DNA of 64,000 nucleotides from an uncultured Actinomycetes bacterium (GTDB lineage: Bacteria; Actinomycetota; Thermoleophilia; Gaiellales; JAICJC01): the NCBI GenBank assembly GCA_963703275.1, contig OY969804.1, forward strand, positions 3,601,259-3,665,258. The letters run 5' to 3'. Numbering within the stretch: position 1 is the first letter of the stretch; every line of letters begins with the position of its first letter. The translations under genes were made by a program, and so were the position numbers. This document shows, one piece after another, positions 1-8,925 of this stretch. The notes under the pieces were generated by a model. It worked only from the letters and a program-made list of their open reading frames with translations, had not been told where the DNA came from and did no database searches.

Positions 1-2
1 GT

Positions 3-1256
3 CTGCCCGGCACGGGCAAGACACTGCTCGCCCGGGCGGTGGCCGGAGAGGCGGGCGTGCCGTTCTTCTCGATCTCGGCGTCGGAGTTCATCGAGGCCAT
101 CGTCGGCGTCGGCGCAAGCCGCGTCCGCGACCTGTTCGTCCAGGCCAAGCTCGCCGCCCCCGCCATCGTCTTCATCGACGAGCTCGATGCGATCGGGCGC
201 GCCCGGGGCGGGTCCTCGACCATCGGCGGCCACGACGAGCGCGAGCAGACCCTGAACCAGATCCTGACCGAGATGGACGGCTTCTCGGGCACCGAGGGCG
301 TGATCGTGATCGCCTCGACCAACCGGCCCGAGGTGCTCGACTCGGCGCTGCTGCGCCCGGGCCGGTTCGATCGCCGCGTGACGGTCAACCCGCCCGACCA
401 GACCGGTCGCCGCCAGATCCTCGAGGTGCACACCCGGGGCATGCCGCTCGGCCCCGACGTCGACCTCGACTCGATCGCCTCGTCCACGCCCGGCATGGTC
501 GGAGCCGATCTGCGCAACCTCGTCAACGAGTCCGCCCTGACGGCCGCCCGCCGCAACCACGACCACGTGATGCTGGCCGATTTCACCGACTCGCTCGAGC
601 GGATCGTGCTCGGCGCCGAGCGCCGGATCATCCTGTCGGCCGAGGAGCGCGAGCGCACCGCCTACCACGAGTCCGGCCACGCCCTGCTCGGCATGCTGCG
701 ACCCGGCGCCGACCCCGTGCGCAAGATCTCGATCATCCCCCGCGGGATGGCGCTGGGCGTGACCTTCCAGAGCCCGGCGACGGATCGCTACGGCTACACG
801 GTCGACTACCTGCTCGGCCGGCTGGTCGGTGCGCTCGGGGGCCGCGCGGCCGAGCAGCTGATCTACGGCGAGATCACCACGGGAGCGGAGTCCGACCTCG
901 AGCAGGCGACCCGGATCGCCCGGCAGATGGCCGGGCGATGGGGGATGTCCGAGCGCATCGGCCCCGTGTCCGTGTTGCCCGGGCCGAACGATCAGCCCAC
1001 GCTCTTCCCGGGCGCCGGCGACGCCTCCGAGCGCACCCGCGAGATGGTGGACGAGGAGGTGCGGCGGATCCTCGAGGAGTGCGAGCGCACCGCGATGTCC
1101 GAGCTCGAGGCCCACCGCGAGCAGCTCGAGGCGCTGACCCGGGCCCTGCTCGAGCACGAGACGCTGGACGAGGCCGACGCCTACCGCATCGCGGGCATCG
1201 AGCGCGAGCCGGCGCCCGCGCCCAAGGTGGCCCGGACGCCGGCACCGGCCCGCTAA
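3..1256 (+). CDS. ftsH: ATP-dependent zinc metalloprotease FtsH (5' end outside window)
   Basis: Walker A (LPGTGKT at window start), Walker [30 protein letters not shown] (HESGH) M41 protease motif. Confidence 0.95.
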   Translation: MPGTGKTLLARAVAGEAGVPFFSISASEFIEAIVGVGASRVRDLFVQAKLAAPAIVFIDELDAIGRARGGSSTIGGHDEREQTLNQILTEMDGFSGTEGVIVIASTNRPEVLDSALLRPGRFDRRVTVNPPDQTGRRQILEVHTRGMPLGPDVDLDSIASSTPGMVGADLRNLVNESALTAARRNHDHVMLADFTDSLERIVLGAERRIILSAEERERTAYHESGHALLGMLRPGADPVRKISIIPRGMALGVTFQSPATDRYGYTVDYLLGRLVGALGGRAAEQLIYGEITTGAESDLEQATRIARQMAGRWGMSERIGPVSVLPGPNDQPTLFPGAGDASERTREMVDEEVRRILEECERTAMSELEAHREQLEALTRALLEHETLDEADAYRIAGIEREPAPAPKVARTPAPAR

Positions 1257-2383
1257 CCGGCTCGCGACGCCCACTGGTGGGCGCCGCCCTGGTGGACGGC
1301 GGCGTAGATCTCGTCCCGGACGTGGTTGGCCTCGGCCGCGGTCAGCGTCCGGGTCGGGTGACGGAGCACCAGGCGCACGAGGACGTTCTTCTGGCCCGGC
1401 CGCAGGCCGATGCGGGCGATCGCGGCCGCCGGCAGCGCGCTCGCGGGCGTCTCGCTGATCACGGTCACCTCCTCGACGGCGTCGATCGTCTCTGCGCCGA
1501 CGCCCACACGGACGCGGTCGCCCAGCTCCTCGGCGGTCATCCCGGCGGCGACGGCGATCGAGATGTCCCGGATCGCTGGTGGCATCGAGCTCACCTCGCG
1601 GTAGGCGTCGAGGCTGAGCATCTGTGCGGCCACGCGGGGATCGGCGGAGCGCAGGAGGCGAATGTCGGTGATGCCCTTCCGCAGCATCACCGCCCGGTCG
1701 AGGCCGATGCCGAGTGCCAGGCCCGACCAGCGCGCGGGGTCGAGCCCGGCGGCGCGAAGCACGTGCCCGCCGGCGAGACCGCACTCGAGCAGCTCGACCC
1801 AGGCTCCCTCGATCAGCACCTCCACCTCGCGCCCCTCGCGGGTGTACGGATGCGATGCCGCGAGCGCCCGGTACGTCGCATCCGGCAGCACGGCCGAGAC
1901 GACCAGATCGACCATCTCCTCGAGGTCGGCGGCCGTCAGGGGCGCGTCGCGCCGCACCCGCCACAGGTCGAGCTGGTGCGGCTCGCCGACGTGCAGGCGG
2001 TCGACCACGTCGCGCCGGTAGACGAGCCCGGGACAGGCGACGACGAGATCGAGGCCGGCGTCCGCGCCCGTGACGTGCCGGAGCGCCCGCGGGATCATCG
2101 CCGAGGTGTGCGTGCGCAGCAGCCGGCCGTCGTCGAGGTAGCGGGTGTACCGCGACTCGCGCGCCGGTGCGTCGGCCGGATAGCCGAGCAGCTCGTAGTT
2201 CTCCGCGAGCGTGACGATCGGGCTTGAGCGGCGGGTGTGGACGCGGCAGCGCCACGCCGCTTCCAGCGCGGCCGCGATGCCGTCGAGCACGAGTTGCATC
2301 GCGTGCGGGCCCGCGGCTGGGTCAGACAGATCGCGCAGCTGCAGTGCGCGGGTGAGTTGGTCATGGGTGATGGTCGACGGCAT
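1253..2383 (-). CDS. PheS-related class II aminoacyl-tRNA-synthetase-like ligase with C-terminal ferredoxin-fold anticodon-binding domain (monomeric, mitochondrial-PheRS-like architecture)
   Basis: LLRTHTSA, motif 2 VYRRD, motif 3 [11 protein letters not shown]-terminal RDIS...RTLT FDX-ACB-like region; ATG 2383 preceded by GGAGGA SD (2391-2396). Confidence 0.85.
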   Translation of the reverse strand: MPSTITHDQLTRALQLRDLSDPAAGPHAMQLVLDGIAAALEAAWRCRVHTRRSSPIVTLAENYELLGYPADAPARESRYTRYLDDGRLLRTHTSAMIPRALRHVTGADAGLDLVVACPGLVYRRDVVDRLHVGEPHQLDLWRVRRDAPLTAADLEEMVDLVVSAVLPDATYRALAASHPYTREGREVEVLIEGAWVELLECGLAGGHVLRAAGLDPARWSGLALGIGLDRAVMLRKGITDIRLLRSADPRVAAQMLSLDAYREVSSMPPAIRDISIAVAAGMTAEELGDRVRVGVGAETIDAVEEVTVISETPASALPAAAIARIGLRPGQKNVLVRLVLRHPTRTLTAAEANHVRDEIYAAVHQGGAHQWASRAG

Positions 2384-2466
2384 CGCTGATTCCTCCGAAC
2401 GGACGGGCGTGGGCATGGGCGGAGACGCCCCGGCCGTCGCACGGGCTGGAGGGAGAGGCGATGCCG
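2378..2466 (-). promoter_or_regulatory. SD/start-codon-sequestering hairpin (translational attenuator candidate)
   Basis: Perfect 9-bp inverted repeat 2378-2386/2458-2466 covering the ATG, CCTCC/GGAGG pairing at 2392-2396/2448-2452, inner stem 2405-2410/2425-2430. Confidence 0.6.
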
Positions 2467-2468
2467 AG

Positions 2469-2546
2469 CTACGCGAGCCGAGCGAACGCCATGACCCCAG
2501 CCTGCGGCCGGGGCGGGGTAAAGCGGATGGCGTGCGTGGTCATCAT
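2469..2546 (-). CDS. Putative leaderless leader peptide MMTTHAIRFTPPRPQAGVMAFARLA (25 aa)
   Basis: -10 TACGAT (2558-2553) lies 6 nt before ATG 2546; stop is immediately followed by a sequence complementary to the start codon/SD of the downstream gene. Confidence 0.6.
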   Translation of the reverse strand: MMTTHAIRFTPPRPQAGVMAFARLA

Positions 2547-2560
2547 GTCCCCATCGTAGA

Positions 2561-3880
2561 TCAGCCCGGCGCCTGGCGCCGGGAGTCGTATCGCCAGAAC
2601 GTCGGCAGCGCGATCGCCGCGACCACGACCCCCGCGACGCACAGGACGCCGCCCGAGATGATCGAGAACCGCACGCCGGTGAGCGACGCAACCCCGCCCG
2701 ACTCGACGTTGCCGAGCAGCGGCCCGGTCGAGTAGCTGATCTGCTCGATCCCGGCCAGCCGTCCGCGCAGATGGTCGGGGATCGTCTGGTTCCAGATCGT
2801 GCCGCGGAACATGCCCGACACCATGTCGGCCCCGCCCGCCACAACCAGCCCGAGCAGCGCCACGGCCAGGCCCTGCGCCACGCCGAAGCCAATGATGCCG
2901 ACGCCCCACACGGCCGCCGCCACGCACACCGCGGCGCCGTGGCGGTGGATGTGGGCCGCCCAGCCGCTGGTCAGCGTCGCAAGGAGCGAGCCGACGGCCG
3001 GGGCGGCGTACAGGAGGCCGAGCACGCCCGCACCGCCCAGGTGGGTCGCCGCGGCCGGGAAGAGCGCCATGGGCATGCCGAAGAACATGGCCACGATGTC
3101 GACGATGTAGGTGCCCATCAGCTCGGGCCGGGAGCGGGCGTAGCGCAACCCCTCCTTGATCCGCGCAATGCTCGGCGGCTCGGCCTCGGCCGGCGGGGGC
3201 ACGGCCCGCATCATCCGCAGGGCAACCAGCGAGACCGTGAAGGTGGCGGTGTCGACGGCGTAGGTGGCGGGCAGGCCGACCGTTGCCAGAAGGATGCCGC
3301 CGAGCGCCGGCCCGGCGATCATCCCGATCGTCACCCGAAACGACGCGAGCGCCCCCGCCGCCACGATCTCGTCCCGCTCGACGAGGCGCGGCGTGAGCGC
3401 ATCGAGTGACGGACGCTGGAGTCCGTCCAGCGTCGCCAGAAGCGCCGACATCACGAACAGCACCCACACCCTCGGGTGGGCCAGAAGCGCGTTGGCCACG
3501 AGCACCGTCGACGCGGCGGCGAACGAAAGCTCGGTGATCTGCATCATGCGGCGGCGGTCGACGGCGTCGGCCAGGGCGCCGCCGACGAATGCAGCGACCA
3601 GGAGCGGCGCCAGCTCCGCCAGCCCGAGCAGCCCCACCACCAGCGAGGAGCCGGTCAGCCGGTAGGCCTGAAAAGGGAGGGCGACATACGTGATCATCGA
3701 GCCGAAGAACGACACTCCCTGGCCGATCCAGAGCAGGCGGAAGTCCCGCCGCCGCCGCAGCGGGCCGATGTCGATCGTCGCCATGCGCAGCCGCCGCCGC
3801 ACCCCGCCCGGGGAGACCGGCGGCCCGGGTCCGAGGCGCTCGGCCTCGGCCTCGAGGCTGTCGCGGTCCGGCTCGGTCAT
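2561..3880 (-). CDS. MFS transporter (EntS/DHA3-like)
   Basis: ~12 hydrophobic segments; motif A GALADAVDRRR; IPDHLRGR C-terminal motif. Confidence 0.9.
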   Translation of the reverse strand: MTEPDRDSLEAEAERLGPGPPVSPGGVRRRLRMATIDIGPLRRRRDFRLLWIGQGVSFFGSMITYVALPFQAYRLTGSSLVVGLLGLAELAPLLVAAFVGGALADAVDRRRMMQITELSFAAASTVLVANALLAHPRVWVLFVMSALLATLDGLQRPSLDALTPRLVERDEIVAAGALASFRVTIGMIAGPALGGILLATVGLPATYAVDTATFTVSLVALRMMRAVPPPAEAEPPSIARIKEGLRYARSRPELMGTYIVDIVAMFFGMPMALFPAAATHLGGAGVLGLLYAAPAVGSLLATLTSGWAAHIHRHGAAVCVAAAVWGVGIIGFGVAQGLAVALLGLVVAGGADMVSGMFRGTIWNQTIPDHLRGRLAGIEQISYSTGPLLGNVESGGVASLTGVRFSIISGGVLCVAGVVVAAIALPTFWRYDSRRQAPG

Positions 3881-4839
3881 CCGGCCGGTCGGCCGAGCAG
3901 CTCGCAGAAGCGGGCGACGCCCACGTTCCCGCCCGAGACGATCACGCCCACGCGCGCACCCTGGGCGGAGACGCGGCCTGCGAGCAGCGCGGCCAGCGCC
4001 GAGACGCCACTCGGCTCGGTCACGAGCTTCATGCGATCGAACGCGAACGCCATCGCCGCGACGATGTCGGCGTCCGAGACGAGCTCGACCGCGTCCACCA
4101 GGCGGCGGTTGACCTCGAATGTAAGCCGGCCTGGGATGTCTGCCTGCTGGCCGTCGGCGATCGTGCGCGGCGTCTCGATCCGAACCCGCTCTCCCGCGGC
4201 CAGCGATCGGCGGGTGTCATCGCCCGCCTCGGGCTCGACGCCCACGACGCGGATGTCGGGATGCAGCGCCTTGGCGGCGGTTGCGCAGCCGGCGATCAGC
4301 CCGCCGCCGCCGACCGGCACCAGCAGCAGGTCGAGGCCGGGCGCCTGGTCGAGCAGCTCGAGCGCGGCCGTGCCCTGGCCCGCCATGACGGCCGGGTGCT
4401 CGTACGGCGGCACGAGCGTCAGGCCGCGGTCGGCCGCAAGCGCTGCCCCGAGCGCCTCGCGATCCTCGCGGTAGCGGTCATACGTGACCACCTCGGCGCC
4501 GTAGCCGCGGGTGGCGTCGAGCTTCGCGGCAGGCGTGTCGGCCGGCATCAGGATCACGGCCGCCGAGTCGAGCATCCCGGCGGCGATCGCGACCGCCTGC
4601 GCATGGTTGCCGGACGAGTACGCCGCAACGCCGCGGTGCCGGGCCTCGGCCGGGAGTGCCGAGATCATGGTGTACGCGCCCCGGAACTTGAACGCTCCGC
4701 CGCGCTGAAGGCACTCGGCCTTCAGGAACACGCTCGCGCCGGTGCGGGCGTCGAGCGTCCGCGAGGTCAGCACCGGCGTGCGGTGGGCGATGCCGTCCAG
4801 GCGGGCGGCGGCGGCGCGGACGTCGTCGACCGAGATCAC
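3877..4839 (-). CDS. PLP-dependent threonine/serine dehydratase family (hydroxyaspartate ammonia-lyase-like)
   Basis: LKAECLQRGGAFKFRGA (PLP Lys), SSGNHAQ, VGGGGL, SGGN; GTG start overlaps upstream TGA (GTGA). Confidence 0.92.
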   Translation of the reverse strand: MISVDDVRAAAARLDGIAHRTPVLTSRTLDARTGASVFLKAECLQRGGAFKFRGAYTMISALPAEARHRGVAAYSSGNHAQAVAIAAGMLDSAAVILMPADTPAAKLDATRGYGAEVVTYDRYREDREALGAALAADRGLTLVPPYEHPAVMAGQGTAALELLDQAPGLDLLLVPVGGGGLIAGCATAAKALHPDIRVVGVEPEAGDDTRRSLAAGERVRIETPRTIADGQQADIPGRLTFEVNRRLVDAVELVSDADIVAAMAFAFDRMKLVTEPSGVSALAALLAGRVSAQGARVGVIVSGGNVGVARFCELLGRPAG

Positions 4840-5261
4840 GCGTAGTGCAGCCCCTCGGCAGCATCCTCGTCGACGACCTGGTCGCACGTCGGGCAGTACC
4901 AGCGCACCTCGAGCGGGGTGCCGCAGGCGGAATGGCGAGCCGGCTCCTCGCCGCCGCCGTGGCGCGCGCCCCACTCGCTCAGGAGGCGCACGGCGCCGGC
5001 CAGCGCCCGCCCCTCGGCGGTCAGCTCGTAGGTCGAGCGGGGTGGCCGGTGCGAATAGGGCCGGGCGACCACGAGTGCGTCGCGTTCCAGGCTCCGCAGC
5101 CGGTCGGTGAGAATATTGGGAGCGATCCCCGGCACCGCCTCGACCAGCTCGCCGAACCGGCGCGGGCCCTCGAGCAGCGCCTCGACCACCGGCAGCGACC
5201 AGCGGTCGCCCACCCGGGCCATCGCCTCGGCGAGGGGTGAGGGCTGGGAGCGCTCGTCCAC
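4836..5261 (-). CDS. HxlR-family winged-helix regulator with C-terminal H/C metal-binding motif
   Basis: VGDRWSL...RRFGEL...LTDRLRSLE...YELT; C-terminal HSACG...YCPTC; -10 TACGAT 6 nt before GTG 5261. Confidence 0.9.
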   Translation of the reverse strand: MDERSQPSPLAEAMARVGDRWSLPVVEALLEGPRRFGELVEAVPGIAPNILTDRLRSLERDALVVARPYSHRPPRSTYELTAEGRALAGAVRLLSEWGARHGGGEEPARHSACGTPLEVRWYCPTCDQVVDEDAAEGLHYA

Positions 5262-5300
5262 GCGCCCATCGTATCGGGCTTGCGAACGGTGGCTGCGAGG

Positions 5301-5321
5301 AGTAACTTGCAGATTGCTACT
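5301..5321. promoter_or_regulatory. Imperfect palindrome AGTAAC-N9-GCTACT, candidate HxlR operator
   Basis: AT-richer imperfect inverted repeat in the short divergent spacer between hxlR and the protease pair. Confidence 0.4.
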
Positions 5322-5352
5322 GACTATCAACGGATCGCGGATCGAGGTAACG

Positions 5353-6243
5353 ATGAGTGTTTTGGAAGAGCTTCAGCAGGCGACCGCCACCGCGGTCGCG
5401 CAGGCCGGGCCAACGGTGGTCGGGTTGCGGTTCGGGTGGCGGCCGGCGTCGGGCGTCGTGATCGCGACCGACCGCGTGCTCACCTGCGCCCACTCGGTGC
5501 GCGGCGACGCGGTGACGGCGGTGTTCGATGACGGGCGCCGCGTCCAGGGCCGGCCGGCGGCGGTCGATGCCGCCGGTGACCTGGCGGTGGTCGAGGTCGA
5601 GACGGGCACTGCGCCCGCGATCTCGTGGGAGCGGCCCGAACCGCAGCTCGGCACGCCGGTGTTCGCACTGGCCCGGCTCGGCGACGGCGGCCTGCGTGCG
5701 ACCGCGGGCGCGGTCTCGGCGCTTGACCGTTCGTTCCGGGGCCCGCGTGGCCGCCGCATCGCAGGCTCGGTCGAGCACACCGCGGCGGTCGCCCGCGGCT
5801 CCGCCGGCGGGCCGCTGGTGGATGCGAACGGCGGGCTGCTGGGCGTGAACACCATCCGCCTGGACGGCGGCCTGGTGCTCGCGCTCGCCGCCGACTCCGA
5901 CCTGCGCGCGCGCGCGGAGGCGCTGGCGCGGGGCGAGGCGCCCGTCCGCCGCAGCCTGGGAGTGGCCGTCGTTTCGAGCCGCGCCGCCCGCAGGATGCGC
6001 CGCGCAGTCGGTCTGGGGGAGCGCGATGGGTTGCTGGTGCGCGAGGTGCAGCCTTCCGGCCCGGCGGCGGGTGCCGGGGTCGAGCCGGGCGACCTGATCG
6101 TGGCCGCCGCCGGCCGGCCGGTGGCGTCCGTCGACGACCTCTACGCGGCGCTCGACGCGGTCGCCGACGGTGCCGGGCTGCCCCTCGCCCTCGTCCGCGG
6201 CGAGAGCGAGCGCGAGGTCGTCGTCACGCCGGTCGAGGCGTGA
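5353..6243 (+). CDS. S1C (HtrA-like) protease-fold protein with PDZ domain; catalytic Ser apparently replaced by Ala
   Basis: TCAH (His), GDLAV (Asp), RGSAGGPL where GNSGG is expected; PDZ GPAAGAGVEPGD; SD GAGG before ATG 5353. Confidence 0.85.
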   Translation: MSVLEELQQATATAVAQAGPTVVGLRFGWRPASGVVIATDRVLTCAHSVRGDAVTAVFDDGRRVQGRPAAVDAAGDLAVVEVETGTAPAISWERPEPQLGTPVFALARLGDGGLRATAGAVSALDRSFRGPRGRRIAGSVEHTAAVARGSAGGPLVDANGGLLGVNTIRLDGGLVLALAADSDLRARAEALARGEAPVRRSLGVAVVSSRAARRMRRAVGLGERDGLLVREVQPSGPAAGAGVEPGDLIVAAAGRPVASVDDLYAALDAVADGAGLPLALVRGESEREVVVTPVEA

Positions 6244-7226
6244 CCGTGGACCTCCTCGAGCCCCATCCCGCAGGCGCGCCACCCGATGACGACGAGGCGC
6301 TCGACACCTACTCGCGGATCGTCTCGACGGTGGCCGAGCGCCTGCTGCCCTCGGTCGCCAACCTGCGCGTGCGCCGCCGCGGCCGCAGGCGCGAGGCGGT
6401 CGGCGGCGGCAGCGCCGTCGTCCTGAGCGCGGACGGCTTCATGCTCACCTGCGCCCATGTCGTCGGCGCGGGCGACGTTCGCGGCCGGGCCGCCTTCACC
6501 GACGGCACTGAGCCCGCCTTCGAGGTCGTCGGACGCGACCCGCTCACCGATCTGGCGCTGATCCGGGCCGATGCGCCCGCACTCATGCCCGCCGAGCTCG
6601 GCGACGCCGGCAGGCTGCGCGTCGGGCAGCTGGTGGTCGCGATCGGAAACCCCCACGGCCTGGGTGGGACGGTCACCGCCGGCGTGGTCTCGGCGCTCGG
6701 GCGCTCGCTGCCCGCGCGCAGCGGCCGGGCGCTGCGGTCGATCCCCGACGTGATCCAGACCGATGCCGCGCTCAACCCGGGCAACTCCGGCGGAGCGCTG
6801 GCCGACAGCCACGGCCGCGTGATCGGCATCAACACCGCCCTGGCCGGGGTGGGACTCGGTCTGGCCGTGCCGATCAACACGTCCACCCGTCGCATCGTCG
6901 GCGAGCTCATGACCACCGGTCGCGTCCGGCGGGCGTTCGTCGGCATCGCCGGCGGCGACCGCCCGCTGCCTCCGGCGGCGCGCGCGGAGCTCGGCCGCGA
7001 CTCGGCGGTCGAGGTCATCAACGTCGAGCCGGAGGGCCCGGCCGCTGTGGCCGGAGTCCGGCCCGAGGACCTGATCGTCTCGGTCGGCGGCGAGCCGGTG
7101 TCGGGGATGGACGATCTGCTGCGGCTGGTGCCGGCCGACTCGGTCGGACTCCCCGTGCAGGTCGGCGTGATCCGCGCGGGCCGCCGCGTCGAGCTCGAGC
7201 TGGTGCCCGCCGAGCTGGCCGGGTAG
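6240..7226 (+). CDS. S1C (HtrA/DegP-like) serine protease with PDZ domain
   Basis: TCAHVV, TDLAL, IQTDAALNPGNSGG intact triad; PDZ; translationally coupled GTGA overlap. Confidence 0.93.
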   Translation: MTVDLLEPHPAGAPPDDDEALDTYSRIVSTVAERLLPSVANLRVRRRGRRREAVGGGSAVVLSADGFMLTCAHVVGAGDVRGRAAFTDGTEPAFEVVGRDPLTDLALIRADAPALMPAELGDAGRLRVGQLVVAIGNPHGLGGTVTAGVVSALGRSLPARSGRALRSIPDVIQTDAALNPGNSGGALADSHGRVIGINTALAGVGLGLAVPINTSTRRIVGELMTTGRVRRAFVGIAGGDRPLPPAARAELGRDSAVEVINVEPEGPAAVAGVRPEDLIVSVGGEPVSGMDDLLRLVPADSVGLPVQVGVIRAGRRVELELVPAELAG

Positions 7227-7255
7227 CGCGATGAGTCGATAGCATCCGCGACCGG

Positions 7256-8245
7256 ATGGACACGATCCGACTCGAGCCGGTCGACAGCATCCGGATCACG
7301 ATCCTGATGGACAACGTGACCGACCCTCTGCTCTTTCCGGCCGAGCACGTCGAGCGCACGACCTGGCTGCACCAGCTGGCACCCGGGGTGGCACGTGTCA
7401 CGTCGGCCGTCACAGAGGACGGCCTGCCCGACGCGCTCATCGCCCAGCCCGGCTTCTCGGCGCTCGTTCGCGTCACGACCGCGGGCCGCGCGCGGACGAT
7501 CCTGTTCGATGCGGGTGTCACCCCCAGGGGTGTGGTCGAGAACATGCGCCGGCTCGGGCTTTCGCTCCGGGACATCGAGACGATCGTGCTCAGCCACGGC
7601 CACTGGGACCACGTCGCCGGAATGGAGGGGATCGCGGGCGAGCTGGGGCGAGCCGGCCTGCCCGTGCTCATCCACCCCGCCTTCTGGCGCCGCCGCCGGA
7701 TCGCGTTCCCCGGCCTCGAGCCGGGCGAGCTGCCCAGCACGAGCCGCTCCGCGCTCGAGGGCGCCGGCTTCGAGATCGTGGAAGAGCGGGCGCCCTCGTT
7801 CCTGCTCGACGGATCGGTGCTCGTGACGGGCGAGGTCGATCGCACGTCGGAATTCGAGACCGGCTTCCGCGGCCACGAGGCGCACGTGCACGGGAGCTGG
7901 GAGCCCGACCCGCTGATCCTCGACGACCAGGCGCTCGTGATGCGGCTGGCGGGTCGCGGCCTGGTCGTGCTCACCGGCTGCGGGCACTCCGGCATCGTCA
8001 ACGTGGTGACGTATGCCCGGCGGCTCACGGGCGAGCCGCGAGTCGCCGCGGTGATCGGCGGATTCCACCTCAGCGGCCCGATGTTCGAGCCGGTCATCGA
8101 GCCCACGGTCGCCGCCTTCGACGACCTGGCCCCCGAGCTTCTGATGCCGGCCCACTGCACCGGGTGGAAAGCGGTGCACCGTCTGGCCGCCCGCTTCCCC
8201 GGCGCATTCGTCCAGAGCGCCGTGGGGACGACCATCGTGCTCTGA
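7256..8245 (+). CDS. MBL-fold metallo-hydrolase
   Basis: SHGHWDH, TGCGHSG, GGFHL, PAHCTG motifs. Confidence 0.9.
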   Translation: MDTIRLEPVDSIRITILMDNVTDPLLFPAEHVERTTWLHQLAPGVARVTSAVTEDGLPDALIAQPGFSALVRVTTAGRARTILFDAGVTPRGVVENMRRLGLSLRDIETIVLSHGHWDHVAGMEGIAGELGRAGLPVLIHPAFWRRRRIAFPGLEPGELPSTSRSALEGAGFEIVEERAPSFLLDGSVLVTGEVDRTSEFETGFRGHEAHVHGSWEPDPLILDDQALVMRLAGRGLVVLTGCGHSGIVNVVTYARRLTGEPRVAAVIGGFHLSGPMFEPVIEPTVAAFDDLAPELLMPAHCTGWKAVHRLAARFPGAFVQSAVGTTIVL

Positions 8246-8259
8246 GGGCGGGTTGCGAC

Positions 8260-8289
8260 TTGACAGGTGAAGTATGTGACTGCTAACTT
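8260..8289 (+). promoter_or_regulatory. Sigma70-type promoter of tetR (leaderless) with overlapping palindrome
   Basis: TTGACA 8260-8265, 18-nt spacer, TAACTT 8284-8289, ATG 7 nt later; GAAGT...ACTTC palindrome overlaps it (likely TetR operator). Confidence 0.7.
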
Positions 8290-8296
8290 CCCGCCC

Positions 8297-8872
8297 ATGA
8301 CGGTTGCGAAGGACCATCGCGAGGACGGCCGGTCGGCGCGGATGCCGGCGGCGGAGCGGCGCGAGCAGATCCTCGAGGCGGCCCGGATCGAGTTTGCCCG
8401 CGGCGGGCTGAACGGCACGGCGACCGAGGACATCGCCCGCCGGGCCGGGATCACGCAGCCCTACGTCTTTCGCCTGTTCGGCACGAAGAAGGCGCTCTAC
8501 CTCGAGACGGTCGAGCGCTGCTTTGACCGCGTGCAGCGCGAGTTCGACGTGGCGGTCAAGGCGGCCGCACCCGGCGAGGAGCTGGTGGCTATGGGCGCGG
8601 CCTACGGCCCGCTTCTGCGCGATCGCACCCTGTTGCTCGGCCAGATGCACAGCTACGCCGACTGCTCCGACCCCGACGTGCAGGCGGTCGTCCGCCGCCG
8701 CTACGGCCAGCTCTGGGACTGGGTCGAGCAGGTGTCGGGCGCCGGGCCGGTGGAGGTGCGCGAGTTCTTCTCGAAGGGCATGCTCCTGAACGTGATCGCG
8801 GCGATCGACCTCCGCGGTATCAGCGACCCGTGGGTTGCCGACTGCCTCGGCGAGATGGACCCGAACGGCTGA
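8297..8872 (+). CDS. TetR/AcrR-family regulator
   Basis: RREQILEAA...TEDIARRAGITQPYVFRLFGTKKAL HTH. Confidence 0.93.
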   Translation: MTVAKDHREDGRSARMPAAERREQILEAARIEFARGGLNGTATEDIARRAGITQPYVFRLFGTKKALYLETVERCFDRVQREFDVAVKAAAPGEELVAMGAAYGPLLRDRTLLLGQMHSYADCSDPDVQAVVRRRYGQLWDWVEQVSGAGPVEVREFFSKGMLLNVIAAIDLRGISDPWVADCLGEMDPNG

Positions 8873-8925
8873 GTTTTTTTTGTCCCCTGAACTTCGTAAG
8901 CACTAACTACTAAGGAAGGAGCACG

